A stretch of 64,000 bases of DNA from an uncultured Bacilli bacterium. GTDB taxonomy: Bacteria > Bacillota_I > Bacilli_A > RF39 > UBA660. Below, piece after piece: positions 50,293 through 59,229 of this stretch (position 1 is the first letter of the stretch; the number at the start of each line of letters is the position of its first letter). Both the position numbers and the translations under genes were made by a program. The stretch is taken from the NCBI GenBank assembly GCA_934183165.1, contig CAKPRZ010000005.1:9956-73955 (forward strand), written 5' to 3'. A model generated the notes under the pieces. That model did no database searches and was not told the origin of the DNA. It saw only the letters and a program-made list of their open reading frames with translations.

Positions 50293-51204
50293 TTATTTTT
50301 TTAATTTTTTATTTAATATTTTATTAATCCCTTCATCTTTTGCAAACTGTTCTACTTTTTCTTTATATTCAGAATTTAGATAATAACAAGCAAAACTATC
50401 CAAAACAAATGGTAAAACGGAATCCCTATATATATACAATGTTTTAGCAAAAGTATTAGGATCTTCAACTATACTTTTTTCAATATCTTCTTCTAAAAGC
50501 AATTGAAAAGTCAAATTGTTTTCTTCGTATTTTTGAGTTTTATACGCAATAAAGAATATTTCCTTTATCAAATCTTGATGGCAATTATAATCATAACTTA
50601 ATAATTCACTAAGAATTCCGGATCCATTAATAATTATTCTTGCTCTATCAGAACTTTTATTGTAATTAGGATAATACTTGTCATCTAAACATAATTTCAC
50701 AAAATTATCTATATTAATATCCATTTCATATTCTAATCTATCTAATATCCATAATTTATTAATATGGGATAATTCTTTATCAAAGCTGGCATACTTTTTT
50801 AGCAAATCCCTCTTTTTTATGAAAGTAAATTCATTGAACATAGCATTATTATTTATTAGATGATATAAAAATTCACTATCTTCATTTGCTAAATTAACAA
50901 CATCATCGACGTCTTTAATATCCTCTAAATACATTAAATCATAGAAGAAATCATGTTCTTTTTCTTCGTCAAGCCTTTCACCTAGTTCTCTATTAAACAA
51001 ATCTTGATTAACGTTATATGTCAATTCGTTGTCTAAATTTACTAAGTAAAATATTGGATATAAAGATGCAAGAGCTTTTTTATATAAATTTCGATCTTTT
51101 GATTCAATATTTTTCAAAATCTTGTATGATCTTTGTACGTAATTTTCTTCAACACTACTTACAATTAAGTTTCTTACATTTTCATTGACATTACTAATTT
51201 CCAT
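50293..51204 (-). CDS. hypothetical acidic protein
   Basis: 303 aa with no recognisable motif. Sits 12 nt upstream of priA, so is probably co-transcribed. Confidence 0.55.
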   Translation of the reverse strand: MEISNVNENVRNLIVSSVEENYVQRSYKILKNIESKDRNLYKKALASLYPIFYLVNLDNELTYNVNQDLFNRELGERLDEEKEHDFFYDLMYLEDIKDVDDVVNLANEDSEFLYHLINNNAMFNEFTFIKKRDLLKKYASFDKELSHINKLWILDRLEYEMDINIDNFVKLCLDDKYYPNYNKSSDRARIIINGSGILSELLSYDYNCHQDLIKEIFFIAYKTQKYEENNLTFQLLLEEDIEKSIVEDPNTFAKTLYIYRDSVLPFVLDSFACYYLNSEYKEKVEQFAKDEGINKILNKKLKK

Positions 51205-51308
51205 CCCGAATTCCCCCTAGATAGATTGATACAGCTATTATAACATAATAAAAAGAAAAATAATTAAAAATAATTACTTTTCTTAAAGATTAATAAATTA
51301 TATATTTG

Positions 51309-53000
51309 TTAAAAATCATAACGTTTTTTATATAAAATAGTAGTTAATCCAATAACAGTTAAACTACCGAATAAAATAGCTATCATACTAGGTAATGTAT
51401 CTAATGTTTTTGGATTATTAATACTTAATGGTGTATAGAATTCCAACTCAAAAGTAGAGAAACTATTTGTTTCGATTGTTATATATTTTTTTCCATTTTC
51501 TGTTTTTATTTTATATGCTTTTTCATCTAAAAGTTTATTATTCAATATATGTTTAACCCTAGCATATGTATCATTTATATAATTTGGAACAGCAACCTTT
51601 ATTTTTACAGTACCATTTATAGCATCATTTGGTATGATACCTATTAAATTACCTGCAACTAGATAATATGGTTTTATCTCATAAGTAACTTTATTATTCT
51701 TAGTGTCTAATTTTGATAATGTAGTATCTATCATAACTTCTATTAAGCTAGCATCTGTGATATTTTCTAATTTATCTATTTTTATTGCATCTACTAATCC
51801 AGATTTACTATTATCTAAAGATGATAAATTAAGTTTGTCTACAACATCACTACTAATATCATTAGAAAGCTTGATATTACTAGGTTTATAAATTGCTTTG
51901 GCATTTTTATCAATTACAACATAATTAGAACCATTATTTAAAATTTTTGAATTAGATGAAATATAAGGTTTAATACTGTCAGTAGTGAAAGTGCCTTTAT
52001 TGATAATTAAATTATCATTGTCTAAAAGACTAACTTCTCCATCGAATGATCCATCATTAATAACTATTTTCTTTAGTTTATTCTCAACTGTATCAGCATC
52101 ATTTTTCTTTGCTAAATAGTGATAAATTACATTACCTTTTGTACTCTTATAAGTCCCACCATCTATAGTAATATTAATGTCGCCAGCATATCCATTATTA
52201 GATTCAATCTGAATAGCAGCACCAGTTGGATTAATTCCATCTCCATTATAAGTTCCTTCTATCTTGGGACCAGTTCCAAAGATAGAAGCATTATTGATAT
52301 TAAACTTACCAGCTTTAATAGCAAGACCACTTCCTTCACCAGTTATAGTAGTACCACTAATATTCCATACACTATAACCCGCTGAATAAATGCCTTCACC
52401 TTTACTACTTACAGAAGAATCTTTATAAAGATTAATAATTGGACAATTTTCTTTATGTTTTATATTACCATTAACATATATACCATGTCCTTTATCACCA
52501 CTTGCATCAGGTACACTTACTAATTTCCCATAAATATTAGCAACTATACCATATGAATCTTTTACTTTATTTTTACCATTAACTTGATCAATAAATAATC
52601 CTGCCCATCCTTGCAATGTAACATTACTTCCTACTGTTAAAACAGTATAATTGATATCGTTTTTATCAGCAGATCCTTTAAGTAATATTGGTGAAAAATA
52701 GGGTTTTTCTTCCGACATTTTACCAGAACCTGTAATATTTAATTCTCCGCCCATTAAGGTAATAATATTTTTATATGTAAATACAACTTCATATCCATTT
52801 AAATCTATAGTAGATTTTTTGTTAAAAGTAATAGGTGTATCTACTTTAATATTATTACTAAGTTTAACATTTTTCCCTTGATTTAATGCTTCTACAAATT
52901 TCTCTCCTGTATCAACTGTATCATAAGTAATTGCTAATGCATTATATGGTAATAAAAAGCCAAGTGTCATTAGCACAATTAAAATTATTTTGTTTTTCAT
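51309..53000 (-). CDS. secreted beta-helix-like surface protein with NNPKTL + TM + basic-tail C-terminus
   Basis: Signal peptide, G-rich repetitive beta-strand region (GHGIYVNG, GEGIYSAG, GEGSGLAIKAG), then NNPKTLD-hydrophobic-KKRYDF. Confidence 0.6.
   Translation of the reverse strand: MKNKIILIVLMTLGFLLPYNALAITYDTVDTGEKFVEALNQGKNVKLSNNIKVDTPITFNKKSTIDLNGYEVVFTYKNIITLMGGELNITGSGKMSEEKPYFSPILLKGSADKNDINYTVLTVGSNVTLQGWAGLFIDQVNGKNKVKDSYGIVANIYGKLVSVPDASGDKGHGIYVNGNIKHKENCPIINLYKDSSVSSKGEGIYSAGYSVWNISGTTITGEGSGLAIKAGKFNINNASIFGTGPKIEGTYNGDGINPTGAAIQIESNNGYAGDINITIDGGTYKSTKGNVIYHYLAKKNDADTVENKLKKIVINDGSFDGEVSLLDNDNLIINKGTFTTDSIKPYISSNSKILNNGSNYVVIDKNAKAIYKPSNIKLSNDISSDVVDKLNLSSLDNSKSGLVDAIKIDKLENITDASLIEVMIDTTLSKLDTKNNKVTYEIKPYYLVAGNLIGIIPNDAINGTVKIKVAVPNYINDTYARVKHILNNKLLDEKAYKIKTENGKKYITIETNSFSTFELEFYTPLSINNPKTLDTLPSMIAILFGSLTVIGLTTILYKKRYDF
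51402..51416 (-). other. NPKTL sorting-like motif
   Basis: Codons aat cca aaa aca tta, placed 5 residues before the C-terminal TM segment. Confidence 0.4.
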
Positions 53001-53092
53001 TTTATCCTACCTTTCATATTTTAAAGATAGCATAAATATTTAATAATTACAATTCAAAGCATTAATTTCTTTTTTCTTTACAGTAAAGAAAA

Positions 53093-53115
53093 AGAAAGCA
53101 AAAATTATGCTTTCT
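53093..53115 (-). terminator. intrinsic terminator after tsf
   Basis: Stem AGAAAGCA/TGCTTTCT with a T-rich tract on the minus strand. Confidence 0.6.
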
Positions 53116-53119
53116 TCAA

Positions 53120-53995
53120 TTATCCTTTTATTTGACTCATTACTTCGCTAGCAAAGTCGTCTACTCTTTTTTCTATTCCTTCACCAACTTCAAAGCGAAC
53201 AACTTCGATGATTTCGGAATTATTATTTTTAACGTATGTTGCTACATCAACATCTGGATCTTTAATAAATGGTTGTTCTAATAGACATTTTTCTTTATAG
53301 AATTTATTTATTCTACCATTTACCATTTTTTCAGCTATTTCAGCAGGCTTTCCTTCTTCCATAGCTTGTTTTTTAATTATTTCTTTTTCATGTTCAAGTA
53401 TATCGCTAGGAACATCTTCTCTAGTAACATATGGAGGTCTCATTGCTGCAGAATGCATAGCAACATCTCTTGCTACTTCAACATTATCACCTTTAATTAA
53501 TGCAATAACATTGATTTTTCCTAAGTTTTGGTGATTATATACACCAAATACTTCATCATCATTTTTTTCAACTATTCTAAATCTTCTAAAACTTATTTTT
53601 TCACCAATCTTAGCTATTAATGCTATTAGTGCATCATTAACTGTTACACCATTCATATCTAGATTCATAGCATCTTCTAAAGTTTTTGGCATTCCTTTTA
53701 ATATTGCCTTAGTTAAATCAGTTACAAATGTTCTAAATTCAGCATTTTTAGCAACAAAGTCAGTTTCTGAGTTAACTTCAACAATAACAGCCTTGTTTCC
53801 TTCAACTAAAACTTCACTTAATCCTTCAGCAGCAATTCTAGATTCTTTTTTAGCTGCTTTAGATATTCCTTTTTCACGTAACCAGTCAATAGCTTTATCC
53901 ATATTACCTTCTGATTCTTGTAAAGCTTTTTTACAATCCATCATACCAGCGCCAGTTTTCTCTCTTAAACTTTTTACATCACTTGCACTAAACAT
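53120..53995 (-). CDS. tsf: elongation factor Ts
   Basis: UBA-like N-terminus KTGAGMMDCKKAL and the EF-Ts core. Confidence 0.95.
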   Translation of the reverse strand: MFSASDVKSLREKTGAGMMDCKKALQESEGNMDKAIDWLREKGISKAAKKESRIAAEGLSEVLVEGNKAVIVEVNSETDFVAKNAEFRTFVTDLTKAILKGMPKTLEDAMNLDMNGVTVNDALIALIAKIGEKISFRRFRIVEKNDDEVFGVYNHQNLGKINVIALIKGDNVEVARDVAMHSAAMRPPYVTREDVPSDILEHEKEIIKKQAMEEGKPAEIAEKMVNGRINKFYKEKCLLEQPFIKDPDVDVATYVKNNNSEIIEVVRFEVGEGIEKRVDDFASEVMSQIKG

Positions 53996-54010
53996 GTATA
54001 TCCTCCTTTA

Positions 54011-54943
54011 TTACTTTAAAACTTCGATAAGTTCATCTTTTTTTAATTTTGAATATCCTTTAATTCCTTTAATTTTAGCCATTTCTTTTAATTCAGCTAA
54101 AGTCATTTCAGAAATATCCTTTAAAACTTCTTCAGTTTTTTCTTCCTTTACTTCTTCTTCTACTACAGGTTCTTTAACTTCAGTTTCTTGAACAGCTTCT
54201 ACTTTTTTAGCTTTTTTTTCAGCCTTAGCTTTATCATCATCAGTTAAATAATCAATTACTTCTTTTCCTATAACTTCTGCAATAGCATTTGTTAATACAC
54301 CAAGCATTAATTTTACACTTCTTACAGCGTCATCATTACCAGGAATTACATAATCTACCATATCAGGATCACAGTTAGTGTCTACTACACCAAATACTGG
54401 AATATTTAAAATTCTTGCTTCCTTAATAGCGTTTTCTTCTTTACGTGGATCAACAATAACGATTGCTGCTGGTAATTTTTTCATATCTCTTATACCACGT
54501 AAGTTCTTATGTAATTTATCATATTCTTTTTTGATTTTAATTACTTCTTTTTTAGGTAATAAATCAAAAGTTCCGTCAGCTTCCATTTTTTCAATTTCTT
54601 CTAAACGTTTAACTCTAGATCTAATTGTTTTAAAGTTAGTTAATGTTCCACCTAACCATCTTTCATTTACAAAGTACATATCAGTTCTTAATGCACATTC
54701 TTCTGCTGCTTCTTGAGCTTGCTTTTTTGTACCAACAAATAAAACTTTTCCTTCAGCTTCAGCTATTTCTTTCATAGCCATGTATGCTTCTTCAATTTTC
54801 TTTGCTGTTTTTTGTAAATCGATAATATATATATCATCACGAGATGTATATATATATTCTCTCATTTTTGGATTCCATCTTCTTTTTTGGTGTCCAAAGT
54901 GAACACCTGCTTCTAATAAATAATTCATTGAAACTACTGTCAT
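54011..54943 (-). CDS. rpsB: 30S ribosomal protein S2 with ~75-aa C-terminal KE-rich/HeH-like extension
   Basis: [19 protein letters not shown] core. 310 aa total, ending ...[30 protein letters not shown]. Confidence 0.95.
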   Translation of the reverse strand: MTVVSMNYLLEAGVHFGHQKRRWNPKMREYIYTSRDDIYIIDLQKTAKKIEEAYMAMKEIAEAEGKVLFVGTKKQAQEAAEECALRTDMYFVNERWLGGTLTNFKTIRSRVKRLEEIEKMEADGTFDLLPKKEVIKIKKEYDKLHKNLRGIRDMKKLPAAIVIVDPRKEENAIKEARILNIPVFGVVDTNCDPDMVDYVIPGNDDAVRSVKLMLGVLTNAIAEVIGKEVIDYLTDDDKAKAEKKAKKVEAVQETEVKEPVVEEEVKEEKTEEVLKDISEMTLAELKEMAKIKGIKGYSKLKKDELIEVLK

Positions 54944-55030
54944 TTCTATTTTTCTCCTTTTCGTTATTCACTTATTAATTTCTAAAATTTATCACCCGAA
55001 GGCACTAGATAAATAAATTCATTAATATGT

Positions 55031-55582
55031 TTATTTTAATAATTCTAATATTTCTGCTTTTTTAGATCCACTTGGAACTGTTATATTTTTTGATGCTGCA
55101 AGGCTTTTTAATTCAGCAACTGTTAATTTTGATAAATCCTTGCTTTCTTCTTTAACTGTTTCTTTTTTCTCAACAGTCTTCTCTTTTTTTGCTTCTTTCT
55201 TAGCAAATGGTTTTCCTTCTTTTTTTGCATTCAATGCATCTTTAGCAACATTTACCATGTTTGTAAATGCTTTTGCATCATTAATAGCAATTTCAGATGC
55301 CATTTTTCTGTTGATTTCAATTCCAGCATAATTTAATCCTTCGATGAATCTAGAATAACTGATTTCATTTTCACGGCATGCTGCATTGATTCTTGTAATC
55401 CATAACTTTCTGAAATCTCTTTTCTTTTGTTTTCTATCACGGTATGCATATTGTCCTGAATGCATTAATTGCTCTTTTGCAGTTTTATATAATCTATGTT
55501 TGCTACCAAAATATCCTTTAGCGGCTTTTAAAACCTTTTTATGACGTGCTTTTGTAGTAACTCCATTTTTAACTCTTGTCAT
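55031..55582 (-). CDS. rplT: 50S ribosomal protein L20 with ~64-aa C-terminal KE-rich/HeH-like extension
   Basis: L20 core ([13 protein letters not shown]). 183 aa, ending ...[30 protein letters not shown]. Confidence 0.95.
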   Translation of the reverse strand: MTRVKNGVTTKARHKKVLKAAKGYFGSKHRLYKTAKEQLMHSGQYAYRDRKQKKRDFRKLWITRINAACRENEISYSRFIEGLNYAGIEINRKMASEIAINDAKAFTNMVNVAKDALNAKKEGKPFAKKEAKKEKTVEKKETVKEESKDLSKLTVAELKSLAASKNITVPSGSKKAEILELLK

Positions 55583-55604
55583 TTCTTTTCCCTCCTACTT
55601 TAAA

Positions 55605-55790
55605 TTAGATTAAATTCTTTAATCTGTTAATATCAGCCTTACTTAACTGAGATCCTTTTCTATTTTTTCTGTTTACAGCTGTAGATTTATAACCAGTGTT
55701 ATGTCTGCTTCCTGGCTTACCCATCTTGTAGTCATTTTTTCTTTTCTTAAATACTTTTGATATTCCTTTATGTGTTTTTAACTTTGCCAT
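55605..55790 (-). CDS. rpmI: 50S ribosomal protein L35
   Basis: MAKLKTHKG... basic 61-aa protein between infC and rplT. Confidence 0.95.
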   Translation of the reverse strand: MAKLKTHKGISKVFKKRKNDYKMGKPGSRHNTGYKSTAVNRKNRKGSQLSKADINRLKNLI

Positions 55791-55805
55791 AATTTTCCTC
55801 CTACA

Positions 55806-56330
55806 TTATTTTTTTGGTGTTAATAACATTGTCATACTTCTTCCATCAAGCTTTGGTTGCTGTTCAATATCAGATAATTCTTCTAATCTAGCAGCAAATC
55901 TCATTAAAACTTCTTTACCAATATCAGTATGTGCCATTTGTCTTCCTTTAAATCTTATTGATAGTTTGATTTTATCACCCTTTTGTAAATATTTAGTTAC
56001 TTGTTTTAATTTGGTTTCAAAATCTCCAACGTCTATAACTGGTGACAATCTAAATTCTTTAAGTTCAGACATATTAGTACGTTGTCTTTTTAATGCCTCT
56101 TTTTCTTTTTTGCTTTTTTCATACTTGTACTTATTATAATCCATAACTTTACATACTGGTGGATTACCATTAGGATTCATTAGAACCAAATCTAACCCTG
56201 CATAATTTGCTAAAGTTAAAGCATCATTAATAGGTTTAACACCCACTTGCTCTCCATTTGGACCAATAACTAAAACTTGATTTGCTCTAATTTGCTCATT
56301 AATAAGCAAATTACCTTTCGTACTTGCTAT
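55806..56330 (-). CDS. infC: translation initiation factor IF-3, probable non-AUG (ATA) start
   Basis: IF3 N and C domains. The track's ATG 56345 and GTG 56339 lie inside the SD ATGGAGGTG. The in-frame ATA at 56330 sits 6 nt after GGAGGTG. Confidence 0.85.
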   Translation of the reverse strand: MASTKGNLLINEQIRANQVLVIGPNGEQVGVKPINDALTLANYAGLDLVLMNPNGNPPVCKVMDYNKYKYEKSKKEKEALKRQRTNMSELKEFRLSPVIDVGDFETKLKQVTKYLQKGDKIKLSIRFKGRQMAHTDIGKEVLMRFAARLEELSDIEQQPKLDGRSMTMLLTPKK

Positions 56331-56345
56331 ACAAAACACCTCCAT

Positions 56346-56488
56346 TAAATATAAAAAAGTGGATACATATCCACTTTAAAAACACAATTAAAATTATTAT
56401 CAACTAATATTAATTAAGCGTTTACCCATAACTAATCTGTAATCAGGTGGATGTGGATACATCTCTTTCTTCTTTAATTTATGCAATG
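56346..56488 (-). promoter_or_regulatory. infC-rpmI-rplT leader (L20-leader-type transcription attenuator candidate)
   Basis: About 140-nt leader between a consensus promoter and infC. A terminator hairpin lies just before the SD. GTGGAT arms recur upstream (56447-56458), allowing alternative pairing. Confidence 0.55.
56352..56374 (-). terminator. leader (attenuator) terminator upstream of infC
   Basis: Minus-strand GUGGAU-AUGU-AUCCAC followed by UUUUUU, ending about 7 nt before the SD. Confidence 0.6.
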
Positions 56489-56517
56489 ATTATATAATAT
56501 ATTTATCAACTTGTCAA
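56489..56517 (-). promoter_or_regulatory. sigma-A consensus promoter of infC operon
   Basis: On the minus strand: TTGACA, 17 nt, TATAAT (perfect consensus). Confidence 0.75.
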
Positions 56518-56579
56518 TCATTTTTAATAACTTAACGCTTGATTTTTATACTAATACAAATAAAAAGAGGATTTCTCCT

Positions 56580-57566
56580 CTAATTTTCTCCTTCTTTTAG
56601 CATTGTAGTAATAAATATACCATATCCTTTAGTGTTATCATTAACAATTGCATGTGTAACAGCTCCTATTATTTTATCATCCTGTACAATAGGGCTACCA
56701 CTCATACCTTTTATTATACCATTAGCCTTATCTTTTAATTCATCATCAGTAATTTCAAATAGTATATTTTTTGTATTTGTGTTCTCATTTATTTTTATGA
56801 TATTAATTGTATATTCTTTTATATTATTTTTATCTAATACTGTTAATATTTTAGCAGGTCCTAAAGTTATATCACTTGGATTAGCAACCTTATATAATTT
56901 GCTTTTTGATATTTCTTTAAAATACTTGCCGTAAATTCCACTAGTTGTATTCTCAGTTATACTACCATAAGTTACTTCTTCATTAAAATTAGCTCTTTTT
57001 TCACCGGTTATTTTATCTGTACTTTTTGTTATACCAGTTATTGTTGCGCCAAAGATTTTTCCATCTTTAACTTCAATTTTAACGTTTGATGATGAATCTA
57101 TAATTTCATGTCCTAATGCTCCAAAAATCTTTGTTTCTGGATCTATATAAGTCAAAGTACCAATTCCTGTTATTTTATCTTTTACATAAAGTCCTGTTTT
57201 ATATACATTATTCTTGTCTTTAACTAATTTTAAATCAATAGTTTCAATGTTGCTGTTTCTATTCACTGTAAATTTTACTTTATTGTTTTTAATTGATAAA
57301 TTAATAGCATCAATCATCTCACTTATATTTGATACTTCCTTACCATTAACTTCAATTATTTTGTCTCCTAATTTAAAACCAGCTTCTCTACCTATACTCT
57401 TACTACCAACTTCGTAAAAGCCTACTACCATTACTCCTTTTGAATTTACTTCTATTCCTATATTGTTTCCACCAACAACTACATAATCTGAATATGCTAG
57501 AACATTAAATGGTATAATAACTAATAAAAGAAGAAAAATTGTTTGTAGTTTATTTTTTAAGTTCAT
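56580..57566 (-). CDS. spoIVB: SpoIVB peptidase (S55) with PDZ domain
   Basis: PDZ-like GDKIIEVNGKEV, GIGTLTYIDPETKIFGALGH and the catalytic GMSGSPIV. GAGGAG SD before ATG 57566. Confidence 0.8.
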   Translation of the reverse strand: MNLKNKLQTIFLLLLVIIPFNVLAYSDYVVVGGNNIGIEVNSKGVMVVGFYEVGSKSIGREAGFKLGDKIIEVNGKEVSNISEMIDAINLSIKNNKVKFTVNRNSNIETIDLKLVKDKNNVYKTGLYVKDKITGIGTLTYIDPETKIFGALGHEIIDSSSNVKIEVKDGKIFGATITGITKSTDKITGEKRANFNEEVTYGSITENTTSGIYGKYFKEISKSKLYKVANPSDITLGPAKILTVLDKNNIKEYTINIIKINENTNTKNILFEITDDELKDKANGIIKGMSGSPIVQDDKIIGAVTHAIVNDNTKGYGIFITTMLKEGEN

Positions 57567-57597
57567 ACTACCACTCCTCATAAAATAACTACATTAT

Positions 57598-57604
57598 TAG
57601 TATG
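57598..57604 (-). promoter_or_regulatory. forespore sigma (sigma-G/F-like) -10 candidate upstream of spoIVB
   Basis: Minus-strand CATACTA lies 32 nt upstream of the ATG. No convincing -35 element. Confidence 0.3.
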
Positions 57605-57623
57605 AACTATTTAATTAAAAATA

Positions 57624-57661
57624 TAAAAAAAGAGGATTATTCTTCTATATTAAAATCCTCT
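57624..57661 (-). terminator. intrinsic terminator after xseB
   Basis: Stem AGAGGATT/AATCCTCT with a 7-T run on the minus strand. Overlaps the xseB stop. Confidence 0.6.
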
Positions 57662-57858
57662 AATGTACCATTTTCTTTTAGAATTTTATTAACGTTTTCC
57701 TCAGCATTATTTAATTTTTCTGAACATTCTTTAGCTAATTTCATAGCTTTAGTATATTTATCAATTGCACTATCTAAGTCAACATCACCTTTTTCAAGTT
57801 CTAATACCATTTTTTCTAATTCTTTTAATTTTTCTTCAAAAGTTTCTTCTTTATTCAT
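57637..57858 (-). CDS. xseB: exodeoxyribonuclease VII small subunit
   Basis: FEEKLKELEKMVLELEKGDVDLDSAIDKY helical hairpin. GGAGGT SD before ATG 57858. Confidence 0.9.
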   Translation of the reverse strand: MNKEETFEEKLKELEKMVLELEKGDVDLDSAIDKYTKAMKLAKECSEKLNNAEENVNKILKENGTLEDFNIEE

Positions 57859-57871
57859 ATTTACCTCCATT

Positions 57872-59140
57872 TTAATTAGCTTTTAAGTTAATAACTTTAG
57901 CGTCTATTAATCCATCTTTTATTGTGATTGTAATATCATCATCTTTTTTTAAATTATTTATTGTATTAATACATTTATCATCTTTTTTAGTTATTGAATA
58001 ACCTCTTTTTAAAGAATTTAATGGATTTAATATCTCTAACTTTTCAATCAAATGATTAGTCATTTTTAATTTGGTTTGATATAAAACACTAGGATCTTTA
58101 AAGATTATACTATTATTTATAATTTCTAATTTTGCTTTTTGTTTCTCGATAATTCCATTTATTGAAATATTTAATTTATCAATTATATTGTCCAAGTGTT
58201 GTTCTTTTACTTCATACAAACTTAGCGGATTTTTCAAGATATAACTATCAGTTAATTTTTTTAAACGTAATTTATTATTATTAAGTAGATTTTTAACGGA
58301 ATTAGTAAACCTTGCTTGATAATTGTTTATCTCTAACAAAATATCACTAAGCATTGGTACAGCGCGTTCTGCAGCACCAGTTGGTGTTTCAGCTCTTGAA
58401 TCAGCAACAAAATCACATATAGTAAAATCAATTTGATGACCAACACCACTAATTATTGGTGTCTTACATTCGAATACTTTTCTAGCAACTATTTCCTCAT
58501 TAAATGGCCACAAATCTTCAATTGATCCTCCACCTCTACCAAGTATAATTACATCTAAACCATAGTTATCAGCAATATCTAGCTTTTTTACAATATCATC
58601 TTTAGCAAGTTCTCCTTGAACTAAGCAAGGAAAAAGAATTGTTTGACAAATTGGAAATCTTCTTTTTATTGTCGATAAAATATCCTTTATAGCAGCGCCA
58701 GTTGATGCAGTTACAATACCAACTTTCATTGGTATTTTAGGGATTGGTTTTTTATATTTTTGATCAAATAAACCTTCTTCACTTAACTTTTTCTTTAATT
58801 CTTCAAATGCAATATGTAAATTACCAATACCATCTTCTAATAATTCAGATACATATATTTGGTAATTACCGGTTGCTTCAAAAACACTAACTTTTCCTTT
58901 TACTAGAATCTTCATTCCATCTTTAGGCATAAATTTTAATTTTGATGCATTAAAGCTAAACATTATAGCATTTATTCTTGAATTTTCATCTTTTATTGTA
59001 AAATAGAAATGTCCTCTGGTGTGTGCTTTAAAATTTGATATTTCTCCTTTTAAGTAGACCTCTTGAAGATGATTATCATTATCTATCCTATATTTAATAT
59101 ATTTAGTAAGTTGTGTCACACTAACATAATTATTATTCAT
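57872..59140 (-). CDS. xseA: exodeoxyribonuclease VII large subunit
   Basis: OB-fold N-terminus (VSVTQLT..IK), catalytic core and a coiled C-terminus. GAGGT SD before ATG 59140. Confidence 0.9.
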   Translation of the reverse strand: MNNNYVSVTQLTKYIKYRIDNDNHLQEVYLKGEISNFKAHTRGHFYFTIKDENSRINAIMFSFNASKLKFMPKDGMKILVKGKVSVFEATGNYQIYVSELLEDGIGNLHIAFEELKKKLSEEGLFDQKYKKPIPKIPMKVGIVTASTGAAIKDILSTIKRRFPICQTILFPCLVQGELAKDDIVKKLDIADNYGLDVIILGRGGGSIEDLWPFNEEIVARKVFECKTPIISGVGHQIDFTICDFVADSRAETPTGAAERAVPMLSDILLEINNYQARFTNSVKNLLNNNKLRLKKLTDSYILKNPLSLYEVKEQHLDNIIDKLNISINGIIEKQKAKLEIINNSIIFKDPSVLYQTKLKMTNHLIEKLEILNPLNSLKRGYSITKKDDKCINTINNLKKDDDITITIKDGLIDAKVINLKAN

Positions 59141-59202
59141 ATTTACCTCTAAATCATTTAACATATACTACATTAATAGTATACCATAATCATCAGCCTT
59201 TT

Positions 59203-59229
59203 AAAAAAGGAATTACAAAATAATTCCTT
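59203..59229 (-). terminator. intrinsic terminator after nusB
   Basis: 9-bp stem AAGGAATTA/TAATTCCTT plus a T-run on the minus strand. Confidence 0.65.

Noticed and set aside
53793-54716. 132-aa and 112-aa ORFs antisense to tsf and rpsB
   Set aside because: Both overlap conserved translation genes. Their products are Ser/Phe/Leu-rich nonsense-like sequence, with no SD or promoter. I judge them mirror-frame artefacts.
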